Part shown: one piece after another, positions 55,526-64,000 of the stretch
Layout of the letters: every line of letters starts with the position of its first letter
How positions within the stretch are numbered: the first letter of the stretch is position 1
NCBI GenBank assembly: GCA_047612075.1
Contig: JBLGAF010000006.1
Location: 22,780-86,779, forward strand
DNA length: 64,000 nucleotides
From: Oleispira sp.
Lineage (GTDB): Bacteria > Pseudomonadota > Gammaproteobacteria > Pseudomonadales > Oceanobacteraceae
Direction: 5' to 3'
The notes under the pieces: model-generated
Seen by the model: the letters and a program-made list of their open reading frames with translations, nothing else
Told to the model about the DNA's origin: nothing
Database searches by the model: none
Made by a program: the position numbers and the translations under genes

Positions 55526-57904
55526 ATGAACACTTTTCGCTTATTAGCAATAATATGCTTCCTGTCAGCGCTCGCAGGCTGCCAACAGGAATATAGTGGT
55601 GATGTCGGTGGTGCATCCGTGCAAACCAACTTAGATTTTGGCAACTACAACGCTGAAGGTGCTCGACTTTATGGCCAGCAATGTGCTGGCTGCCATGGTG
55701 TTGAAGGTAACGGTACTGAAATTGGAACGCCTCTCGTTGCTTGTGCTAGCTGTTCAACAATCTCCGCTCTCGCTGAAGAAATTTCTTTAACGATGCCGAT
55801 TGGCAAAAATGCCGAGGTCACAGACTGTAACGGTCAATGTGCGAACAATGTTGCTGAATACATCATGTATGCCTTCAATGGTTTATCGCTTTATCAAGCA
55901 ACAACTAGCTTAGACGGTGTATATGCCCTTCCTCTGACCAGTACCCTTCGAAATGCGACAGTACAACTAGCAGGTCGCTTACCAACAGATGCTGAAATCA
56001 CGCAAGTCGTCAACGAAGGTGACGCGGGTTTTAGTACGGTTATGGCAAGAGTCATGAATGAGGACGAATTCTACGTTCGCCTAACCGAAATTTTCAACGA
56101 TGTATTTTTAACTGATAAGTATTTAAGAGTTAATCAGTTTAATGGCGCTCTGAACCTATTAGATCGCAACGATTACCCAAATAAAGACTGGTACGACAGC
56201 GCTTACCCTAACGTCGAGCGTGATACTGATGAAAACATTGCTCAAGACAATATCAATGATGATAACCGAGGCTGTTCGAATATTTTTGCCAATGACGCTG
56301 TTGCACGCGAAGGCTTAGAGCTTGTTAACTATATTGTTCGTAATAACCGTCCTATCACTGAACTAGTGACCGCTGACTACACTATGGTTAATTGGTATAG
56401 CCAAAAAGTGTACGATGCTGAATTAGTAAGCCCAGAAGCAACGTTCAGAAAGTTAAGTGATGAAAAAGCGCCTTGCGAAGCTTATTATTATGGCTATTCA
56501 GATGCGACTCTGCGCTATGACCCTTACGATTTTAAACCTGCCAAAATTACGCGTAGCTTAGAACATACAACTGCGATTCCTCATGCGGGGATTCTGACTT
56601 CTGCAATGTTCTTAAACCGTTTCCCAACGACGAATACCAATCGTAATCGCCATCGTTCATATATGGTTTACGATATGTTCTTGGATACCAATATTTTAGA
56701 AATTGAAGGCTCTCGTCCAGAAGATGCGATTGATACGGTGAGCATTAATCCAACACTACAAAATGCAGCATGCTATACCTGCCATACTGTCATGGACCCT
56801 GTTGCATCTGCCTTCCAGCATTGGGATGATCGAGGACGTCGTATACCGAGTATTCTAAATGCAAGCTCTTGGAACGGTAATGGCATTGAACCTCCTGGCA
56901 TTGCAGGAAAAACACTACCACTCTCTGGAAGCACAAGCGCCGTTGAATCTATGCTGCAGTGGCTAGGTGATGAAATAGCACAAGATCCTCGTTATATGCG
57001 TGCCATCACTCGTCACTTATATAACGGCATCATTGGACAAGATCTATTAAATGCTCCTGGTGAAAATTCCGATGCCGATGATGTAACGGCCTTCAGCGCT
57101 CAAAGGAGTATTTTGTCCAGCATTGGCCAAGCAATGGCCGAGGATAACTGGAATGTTAAAACTGCGATTACCGGTTTATTATTAAGTCCCTATTATCGAG
57201 CGAATACCGTCGATACCAATAAGGTTATCGTGGCAGGTCATATCGGCTCTACCCGTCTATTAAGTCCTGAAATGCTGCAAAGAAAGTTAAAAGCTACCCT
57301 AGGGTTTGATTGGTACGAATTGCGCGAAAACGACCAAGATAACCGCATAATGTTTGGTGGTATCGATTCTGACTCAGTCATTGATCGTATTCATAACCCA
57401 AGTGGTTTAATGATTGCTATGCAAGAACGTATGGCTGTTGAAATGGCTTGTCATGCAACTGCCTTTGATTTTACTAAGGTTAGAACGCCAACAGTTAATG
57501 AGCGCCGTCTGTTCAAATTTGTCAGTCCCGATGTCCAACCTTTTGATACCGATGGCTTTGAATTGCCTTCAAATGTCGAAGCAATTAAAAAGACCATTCA
57601 ACATCTCCACAGCACACTGTTAAGTGAAAACTTACCCCTTACCGATGCTGAAGTTGAAGCAACCTATCAGTTATTTTTATCCACCTGGCAAGCAGGTAAT
57701 AACATGCTGACAAATTCAGATGAGTTTGTGCCAGAGCCATCAACGTATCTTGAGTGGGGTTGTAGAGCTCGTTGGGATAGAGAGAACGATGACCAAGCCT
57801 TGGATAGTGCTGCACACATTGACCGAGATGAAAACTATGTAATCCGTTCTTGGATGGCGGTTATAACCTACTTACTTTCTGACTATCGTTATATTTACGA
57901 ATAA
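55526..57904 (+). CDS. Lipoprotein with two CxxCH motifs, DUF1588/DUF1592-like (planctomycete-cytochrome-type) protein
   Basis: Lipobox 'LAGC'; 'YGQQCAGCHG'; 'L.GRLPT..E'; 'ELVTADYT.VN'; 'HAGILT...FL.RFPT..TNRNR.R'; 'CYTCH..MDP'. Confidence 0.75.
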   Translation: MNTFRLLAIICFLSALAGCQQEYSGDVGGASVQTNLDFGNYNAEGARLYGQQCAGCHGVEGNGTEIGTPLVACASCSTISALAEEISLTMPIGKNAEVTDCNGQCANNVAEYIMYAFNGLSLYQATTSLDGVYALPLTSTLRNATVQLAGRLPTDAEITQVVNEGDAGFSTVMARVMNEDEFYVRLTEIFNDVFLTDKYLRVNQFNGALNLLDRNDYPNKDWYDSAYPNVERDTDENIAQDNINDDNRGCSNIFANDAVAREGLELVNYIVRNNRPITELVTADYTMVNWYSQKVYDAELVSPEATFRKLSDEKAPCEAYYYGYSDATLRYDPYDFKPAKITRSLEHTTAIPHAGILTSAMFLNRFPTTNTNRNRHRSYMVYDMFLDTNILEIEGSRPEDAIDTVSINPTLQNAACYTCHTVMDPVASAFQHWDDRGRRIPSILNASSWNGNGIEPPGIAGKTLPLSGSTSAVESMLQWLGDEIAQDPRYMRAITRHLYNGIIGQDLLNAPGENSDADDVTAFSAQRSILSSIGQAMAEDNWNVKTAITGLLLSPYYRANTVDTNKVIVAGHIGSTRLLSPEMLQRKLKATLGFDWYELRENDQDNRIMFGGIDSDSVIDRIHNPSGLMIAMQERMAVEMACHATAFDFTKVRTPTVNERRLFKFVSPDVQPFDTDGFELPSNVEAIKKTIQHLHSTLLSENLPLTDAEVEATYQLFLSTWQAGNNMLTNSDEFVPEPSTYLEWGCRARWDRENDDQALDSAAHIDRDENYVIRSWMAVITYLLSDYRYIYE

Positions 57905-57914
57905 GGGGACTGCC

Positions 57915-59270
57915 ATGAAACGTCGTGATTTTATACAAATGCTTGCAGCGACTGGCATGACAGCCAGCCTTCCATTAACCGCTTTTAAGGCACATGCCGC
58001 AGCACCTGATCACTTTTTGGTGATCGTCAATGCGGGAGGTGGCTGGGACCCTACGTCGCTCTGCGACCCTAAAGGAAACTTAAGTCAGTACTTAGCCGAA
58101 CGTCCTGATGCCCGAAATGAAGGGTCTATTAACTCAATCGCTATCAATACTGAGACTAAGAGAAACCCTGTTTCAGGAATGGCTTGGAGTGATACTCCAA
58201 GAATCAATAATAACGATGCTACTACCGCGCGTGTTGATACTCAGTTTCAGAATTTCTTTACCACTTATCACGATAAACTGACGGTAATTAATGGTGTTGA
58301 TAACGGAACCAACAACCACAGCTCAGGTAATCGTGCGACTTGGAGTGGTAACTTAGAAATGGGCTACCCTAGCTTGGCGGCATTGTTTGCGGCCAGCAAA
58401 AATCCAGGTTTACCGATGGCTTATATTAGTAACGGTGGCTACGATTTTACCGCCTCACTGGTATCTCGTGCTCGAGCAAGCAGTGCAGGGTTTATTGACC
58501 GCTTAGCTGATCCGAACAGTGACAGATATCACTACCGCAATGAAGATCAGAGCACAGATGTTTATTCGCAAATTAAGCAAGCCCAATCAAAACGCTTAGC
58601 AAGGCAAAAAGCGAATGAAACCTTGCCGTTGCGCAGACAGCAATTAAACCAGCTGTTTACTGTACGCCAAGCAGATAACGATCTGGCTAAGCTTAGTGAA
58701 GAAAAAGCAATTATTGAGGCATTAAAACCCACAAACGATCACATGAACAATCGTGATCAGGGTTTTAAGCGTCAAGCTTCTTTAGTCGCTGCGGCTTTTA
58801 AATCAGGTGTTGCTGCGAGTGCGAACATCAGTACCGGTGGTTTCGATACTCACGGTAATCACGATAATAGTCAATACCAAAGCTTAGGAGACCTGCTTGA
58901 AGGCGTCGCTTATTTACAGGAAGCATTAGAAGCTGCAGGCATCGCGGATAAAACGACTGTCGTGATAGGCTCAGATTTTGGTCGCACACCTTATTACAAT
59001 TCAGGCAGTGGTAAAGATCATTGGCCCGTTACCAGTGTTATGGTTATGCACCCCACAGGCAGTGGTAAAGGGGGAAATGTCTTTGGTGCTTCAACGGATA
59101 AATTCCGTGCTCAAACATTAAGCCGAACAACCGGGCAGCCTGATGTGAATGGGCAGTTATTAACACCTGCTCACGTCAACCTCGCATTGCGCAAAGAGCT
59201 CGGCATTCATGATAATACGTTAGCTGTCAGGTTCCCATTAAATGTAGACGATTTTGAAATTTTCTCGTAA
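57915..59270 (+). CDS. Tat-exported DUF1501-like protein
   Basis: Twin-arginine 'MKRRDFIQ'; 'GGWDP','GGFDTHGNH','SDFGRTP','GKDHWP'. Confidence 0.82.
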   Translation: MKRRDFIQMLAATGMTASLPLTAFKAHAAAPDHFLVIVNAGGGWDPTSLCDPKGNLSQYLAERPDARNEGSINSIAINTETKRNPVSGMAWSDTPRINNNDATTARVDTQFQNFFTTYHDKLTVINGVDNGTNNHSSGNRATWSGNLEMGYPSLAALFAASKNPGLPMAYISNGGYDFTASLVSRARASSAGFIDRLADPNSDRYHYRNEDQSTDVYSQIKQAQSKRLARQKANETLPLRRQQLNQLFTVRQADNDLAKLSEEKAIIEALKPTNDHMNNRDQGFKRQASLVAAAFKSGVAASANISTGGFDTHGNHDNSQYQSLGDLLEGVAYLQEALEAAGIADKTTVVIGSDFGRTPYYNSGSGKDHWPVTSVMVMHPTGSGKGGNVFGASTDKFRAQTLSRTTGQPDVNGQLLTPAHVNLALRKELGIHDNTLAVRFPLNVDDFEIFS

Positions 59271-59283
59271 GGATGACGTTAGA

Positions 59284-59796
59284 ATGATTAGCAAACGATT
59301 TACACCTTTCTTAATCGCCAGTAGTTTAATACTTGCTCTCAGTGCTAGTAACACTTTTGCGGTGAATGCGGGGGATAAAGCACCTGATTTTAATATTCCA
59401 CGTTTAGAAGCAAAAGGCATGATTAGCTTAAAACACTATCGTGGCAAAGTGGTTTACGTTGATTTTTGGGCCTCTTGGTGCGGCCCTTGCCGCAAGTCCC
59501 TACCTGCTTTAAACAGTGTTCGAACAGAGTTTCGCAAAAAAGGCTTTGAAGTCATTGCAATTAATCTTGATGAAGAACGCGATGATGCGATGGCGTTTTT
59601 AAAAGAATTTCCCGTCGCTTACCCTACCGCAATGGATACCAGCGGCAACGTGCCAGAAGCCTATGGTCTGGTCGGAATGCCAACCGCATATTTAGTTGAT
59701 AGAGAAGGCATCGTGCAATGGGTTCATGAAGGATTTAAGACATCTGACATTGAGCCATTAAGAAAAAAAATACAAACACTACTCAGTCAGAAATAA
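59284..59796 (+). CDS. TlpA-family thiol:disulfide oxidoreductase (exported)
   Basis: Signal peptide;'GKVVYVDFWASWCGPCR','GMPTAYLVDREG'. Confidence 0.92.
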   Translation: MISKRFTPFLIASSLILALSASNTFAVNAGDKAPDFNIPRLEAKGMISLKHYRGKVVYVDFWASWCGPCRKSLPALNSVRTEFRKKGFEVIAINLDEERDDAMAFLKEFPVAYPTAMDTSGNVPEAYGLVGMPTAYLVDREGIVQWVHEGFKTSDIEPLRKKIQTLLSQK

Positions 59797-59856
59797 TATT
59801 TTTGATTAATAAAATAAAAAGCGCACGGCATCATTGCACATGATAAGAGCTATCAC

Positions 59857-60069
59857 ATGTATAAAGTAAGTTTCATTATTCTTCTCTCAGTATTATTTAC
59901 GACTAGCTGTACCACGGTTAAACCTTGGCAGCGAGGGTATTTGGCAAAAGACGTCATGGCGTCACCACAAGATTCTTTACGCAACAGTTTAGATAATCAT
60001 ATTTACTTCAGCAAAGAAGGTTCTTCCGGAGGCGGACAAGCAGCAGGTGGTGGTTGTGGTTGTAATTAA
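59857..60069 (+). CDS. DUF4266-type small lipoprotein
   Basis: Lipobox 'TTSC','VKPWQRG.LA','HIYFSKEG..GG....GGGCGCN'. Confidence 0.85.
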   Translation: MYKVSFIILLSVLFTTSCTTVKPWQRGYLAKDVMASPQDSLRNSLDNHIYFSKEGSSGGGQAAGGGCGCN

Positions 60070-60081
60070 AAAGGAATTAAC

Positions 60082-61260
60082 ATGAAAAAAATTACCGCCA
60101 TTAGTGCACTTTCTGCAGCCGCTTTAGCCATACCCAGCTATGGCGAAGTGGCCCCTGAAGATAAAGAACTCAGTTATCGCTTTAGCAGCTACCAAGAAGA
60201 AGTAGCTCCTCGGGCACGCGTATTTCAAGGCTCTCTTAAACGTTATAGTATTGATGTTCATCAAATAGGTTACCGTACTCCCATCGGGGATTCTTGGTAT
60301 GTGGCCAGCGAATTACAATATGAAAGTATGAGCGGTGCGTCGCCGACCCAAACGTATGATGAGGTAGATGATACCGGTAATGCAACAGGGAATAGTGTGT
60401 TATTAATGAGTGGCGCAAGTATCGAAGAGCAGCGAACAGACATTAAGATTGCACCTAAAAAATATTTCAACAAGGGTACCGCAGGCGGCATGTTGGCCTA
60501 CTCTACTGAAAACGATTATGAGTCCATTGCTTTGGGTTTTAATGGCACCTTAGAAATATACGATAAGCATACGACGTTAATTGGCTCACTTTCATTTTCT
60601 GATGATACGCTTTCTCCCACCGACGCTAGTATTTCTGCTGCCCGTACTGCAGCAAATGGTGAAAAAAGAAAAAGCTTTTCTATTTATGAAGGTGTAAGTC
60701 AGATCATTAATAAATACAGTGTTCTGCAAGTTGGCATCGGCTATACCCGCCTATCGGGGTACTTATCAGACCCCTATAAATTTGCCGACCAACGACCAGA
60801 TCAACGCGAGCAATTTACGCTGAGTGTTCAGCACAAGCAATTCATGAATGTTTTAGAAGGGGCTGCCATACTGAGTAACTACCGCTATTATAATGACGAT
60901 TGGGGCATTGTATCCCATACCGTTGATGTAAAATGGTCTCAGCAATTCGACATCTCTCATTATCGTATTATTGCAGCGCCTTTGCTGCGTTATTACACCC
61001 AAACTGAAGCCGACTTCTATTCACTGCAGCAAAGCCCTCCCGCGGATCAATTCAATTCTAGTGATTCACGTTTGTCGTCTTATGGCGCGTTTACCTTTGG
61101 TTTCACCAGTGAATTGAAATTTTCACAATGGTCTCTGCATTTTGATTGGCAGCAATATAACAGCAGCGAATCATTAGCATTATTTGGATCCAGTAACGAT
61201 GAAGCGCCTGCCTTGGTAAATTTCTCTACCTTTACTACTGGCGTCGATTATAAATTCTAG
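60082..61260 (+). CDS. DUF3570-type outer-membrane beta-barrel protein
   Basis: Signal peptide; two 'SGAS' motifs; 'STENDY.S','GYLSDPYK','RPD.R','YRYY.DDWGI.SHT','RYYTQ..ADFY','SSD.RLS'; C-terminal 'GVDYKF'. Confidence 0.8.
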   Translation: MKKITAISALSAAALAIPSYGEVAPEDKELSYRFSSYQEEVAPRARVFQGSLKRYSIDVHQIGYRTPIGDSWYVASELQYESMSGASPTQTYDEVDDTGNATGNSVLLMSGASIEEQRTDIKIAPKKYFNKGTAGGMLAYSTENDYESIALGFNGTLEIYDKHTTLIGSLSFSDDTLSPTDASISAARTAANGEKRKSFSIYEGVSQIINKYSVLQVGIGYTRLSGYLSDPYKFADQRPDQREQFTLSVQHKQFMNVLEGAAILSNYRYYNDDWGIVSHTVDVKWSQQFDISHYRIIAAPLLRYYTQTEADFYSLQQSPPADQFNSSDSRLSSYGAFTFGFTSELKFSQWSLHFDWQQYNSSESLALFGSSNDEAPALVNFSTFTTGVDYKF

Positions 61261-61273
61261 TTAACCTAAACTC

Positions 61274-62158
61274 ATGAATTTTCATCAACATAATTTTACT
61301 GCCATGGCTTCCCCCTGTAAGTTTTTATTACAAGGGGAAGAAACCATCGTCAAACAAGCCTGCTTAAAAGCTCAAGCGGAAGTGCTGCGCATCGAGCAAA
61401 AATTTAGCCGTTATCGTGATTCCAGTTTACTTCAGGCTATTAATAATAATGCTGGAATCAAAAGGACAGCCATAGATGCAGAAACCGCAGGTCTATTAAA
61501 CTATGCTCAGCTTTGCTATCAGCAAAGCGATGGCCTGTTCGATATAACGTCTGGTGTTCTTCGACAAGCTTGGAAATTCAAATCCAATACCCTTCCCAGT
61601 AAAGAAAACCTTCAGCAACTGTTACCCTTAATAAATTTTTCGTCTGTTCAGTGGGATCAACATGAAATTTTTTTACCTAACAAAAATATGGAAATTGATT
61701 TTGGAGGTTTTGGTAAAGAATATGCGGCTGATAGAGCCGCTGAAACTTTTCAATCGTTAGGCGTTAAGCACGGTATTGTCGACTTAGGCGGTGACATTAG
61801 AGTCATTGGGGATAAAGCAGATAAATCAGGATGGGACATAGGCATTCGAGATCCACAGCACCCAGAATCTGCAATTTCTAATATAACACTTCATCAAGGT
61901 GCCATGGCCACCAGCGGTAACTATGAGCGTTTTATGCAAGTCAAGGGGCAACATTACTGCCATATTATGAAGGCGAATACCGGCTGGCCAGTGAATTATT
62001 GGGCTTCAGTAACCGTTCTTGCCCCACAGTGCCTTGTCGCAGGCAGCCTCGCAACATTGGCAATGCTGGCAGAAGGTGGCGGCGAAGCATGGCTTAAAAG
62101 ACAAAGCGTTGATTTTTTTGCAATTGATATTCAAGGCATGCAGTTTTCAAATTCATAG
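61274..62158 (+). CDS. apbE: FAD:protein FMN transferase (ApbE family)
   Basis: 'FTAM','FSRY...S','SDGLFDIT','DFGGFGKEYAAD','DLGGDI','ATSGNYER','HI','SVTV'. Confidence 0.92.
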   Translation: MNFHQHNFTAMASPCKFLLQGEETIVKQACLKAQAEVLRIEQKFSRYRDSSLLQAINNNAGIKRTAIDAETAGLLNYAQLCYQQSDGLFDITSGVLRQAWKFKSNTLPSKENLQQLLPLINFSSVQWDQHEIFLPNKNMEIDFGGFGKEYAADRAAETFQSLGVKHGIVDLGGDIRVIGDKADKSGWDIGIRDPQHPESAISNITLHQGAMATSGNYERFMQVKGQHYCHIMKANTGWPVNYWASVTVLAPQCLVAGSLATLAMLAEGGGEAWLKRQSVDFFAIDIQGMQFSNS

Positions 62159-62264
62159 TCTACCCGTCGATTAGTTAACACCTTCGGGTTCGTCTATCCC
62201 TGTGCTAAAGTCAGACAATATAATGACAAAAATCAAAATAATCATCGTCACCCTGGGGTTTTAA

Positions 62265-63800
62265 ATGCTGAAAGATTACGCCAACTATGATGCACTGGGC
62301 TTAGCTCAACTGATCAAAAATAAAGAAGTCAGCGCGACAGAGCTCTTAGATACCGCCATCGCACAAGCTGAGCAAGAAAATCCAGCCATTAATGCGATTA
62401 TTACCAAGCTCTACGACTTTGGCCATCAACAGATTACACAAGGTTTACCCGAAGGACCTTTCTCAGGCGTACCTTTTTTATTAAAAGACTTGCTAACACC
62501 CTTAGAAGGCACGCCACTGAGCAATGGCAGCGCGGCTTTAAAAGGTAATATATCCCCCAGCGATAGTGAGATGGTTAAGCGTTATAAATCTTCAGGGTTG
62601 GTTATTTTTGGCAAAACCAATACCCCAGAATTTGGTTTGATGGGCATTACCGAACCCAAAGCGTTTGGCCCTAGCCGCAACCCATGGAATTTAAACCATA
62701 CACCGGGTGGATCGAGCGGTGGCTCAAGTGCTGCTATTGCAGCGGGTATTGTACCTATGGCCTCAGCAAGTGATGGTGGAGGGTCGATTCGAATTCCAGC
62801 GGCTTGCTGTGGACTATTCGGTTTGAAACCTTCTCGCGGACGTACCGCTACTGGCCCTTATTTTAGTGATATTTGGGATGGAGCCTCCGCAGAACATGTA
62901 TTAACCCGTTCGGTACGTGATAGCGCCGCCATGCTGGATATAGTGGCGGGCCCTGATGGCAGTTCACCCTATCCTGTGCGTAAAGAGACCGGTTATTTAG
63001 CCTGTTTAGATAAACCTGTTCGGCCATTAAAGATTGCTTATACAGTACAATCTTTTTTCGACCGTCCTGTGACAGAAGATGCGATTCAGTCCGTTCAACA
63101 TACCGTCAAACTACTAGAATCCCTTGGCCATACTGTTGACGCCGTCCATCCCTATATTAATGCCGACGACCTCCTGAATAGTTATTTAACCATGTATTAT
63201 GGCCACGTCGCGGCTGACCTTGAATTTGCGGCCAAGCTGTTAAATAGCAACTTCAGTAATTTAGATGTAGAAGATACTACCAAGCTGATGGGCTATATCG
63301 GTAAAAAGATTTCTGCCGAACAGTTTGTTACCGCGAAGCGTCACTGGAATGAATTCAGCCAAAGCATGCACGCACTGCATCAAGAATATGATTTATTATT
63401 AACGCCGACGTTAGGCAGTGAACCTGTGCCTATTGGTGAATTTGATTTAGGCTTGCTGGATAAGATAGGAACTAAAGTTGTTAATATTTTTGGCCTGCAA
63501 AAGCTGTTATTAAAATCAGGTATGACCAAAAAAATTGCATTGGGAAATTTAGAAAAATTACCTTTCACCCAACTTGCGAATCTCACTGGGCAACCTGCAA
63601 TGTCGGTACCTCTTTACTGGACCCAATCAGGCTTACCCCTAGGTTCTCAATTTATTGCACCACTAGGGGATGAAAAAACATTATTCCAGTTAGCACACCA
63701 GCTGGAACAAGCTCAGCCTTGGTTCGATAGAACTCCGGCAAATAAATTCAATAAAACTTCGGCTAATGACAATTCAGCCAAAGAAAAGGCGTCATCATGA
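62265..63800 (+). CDS. Amidase-signature family enzyme
   Basis: 'GVPFLLKD','GKTNTPEFG','GGSSGGS','SDGGGSIRIPA..CG'. Confidence 0.93.
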   Translation: MLKDYANYDALGLAQLIKNKEVSATELLDTAIAQAEQENPAINAIITKLYDFGHQQITQGLPEGPFSGVPFLLKDLLTPLEGTPLSNGSAALKGNISPSDSEMVKRYKSSGLVIFGKTNTPEFGLMGITEPKAFGPSRNPWNLNHTPGGSSGGSSAAIAAGIVPMASASDGGGSIRIPAACCGLFGLKPSRGRTATGPYFSDIWDGASAEHVLTRSVRDSAAMLDIVAGPDGSSPYPVRKETGYLACLDKPVRPLKIAYTVQSFFDRPVTEDAIQSVQHTVKLLESLGHTVDAVHPYINADDLLNSYLTMYYGHVAADLEFAAKLLNSNFSNLDVEDTTKLMGYIGKKISAEQFVTAKRHWNEFSQSMHALHQEYDLLLTPTLGSEPVPIGEFDLGLLDKIGTKVVNIFGLQKLLLKSGMTKKIALGNLEKLPFTQLANLTGQPAMSVPLYWTQSGLPLGSQFIAPLGDEKTLFQLAHQLEQAQPWFDRTPANKFNKTSANDNSAKEKASS

Positions 63801-64000
63801 AAACTGTTTTAATCACTGGCTGCTCATCGGGTATTGGCCGCGCTCTCTGTGAAAAATATTTAGCAACAGGTTTTCACGTTTATGCCAGTGCTCGTAATAT
63901 TCGTAGCCTAAGTGACTTAACTGAACATGCAAACCTGACTAAGCTCTCTTTAGATGTTAACAGCCAAAGCAGTATTCATAATGCGGTTACTCATATTAAA
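63797..64000 (+). CDS. Short-chain dehydrogenase/reductase (partial, runs off window)
   Basis: MKTVLITGCSSGIGRAL...LDV; start overlaps the amidase stop (ATGA). Confidence 0.85.
   Translation, partial: MKTVLITGCSSGIGRALCEKYLATGFHVYASARNIRSLSDLTEHANLTKLSLDVNSQSSIHNAVTHIK

Overview
AT-rich gammaproteobacterial chromosome segment. Gene order and content suggest a marine Oceanospirillales/Pseudomonadales-type organism (inference). Most of 7-46 kb is core genome: dcd, apbC, rnfABCDGE, oadGAB, tRNA-Ser plus 3x tRNA-Arg, csrA, lysC, alaS, proVWX, ndh, recX, recA, mutS, fdxA, rpoS, nlpD, pcm, surE, truD, ispF, ispD, ftsB, eno, pyrG. Two accessory regions stand out. (1) 0-7 kb holds a LysR/AhpD-like/PNPOx-FNR-ferredoxin/DUF1348 redox cluster and a GlyGly-CTERM surface protein. 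It also holds a decayed integron missed by the ORF track: an IntI C-terminal stub, an attI-like site, two attC-like sites with small cassettes, and an IS30 remnant. (2) 55.5-62.2 kb is a tightly spaced six-gene cell-envelope operon: diheme-motif lipoprotein, Tat-exported DUF1501-like protein, TlpA thioredoxin, CxC-tailed DUF4266 lipoprotein, DUF3570-like beta-barrel with two SGAS flavinylation-type motifs, and an ApbE lacking a signal peptide. This operon is the best candidate for an uncharacterised system. Pseudogenes (EamA, oleate hydratase, RluA-like) and a (xEK)9 repeat tail on RecA are also visible. All family assignments come from motif recognition, not database searches.
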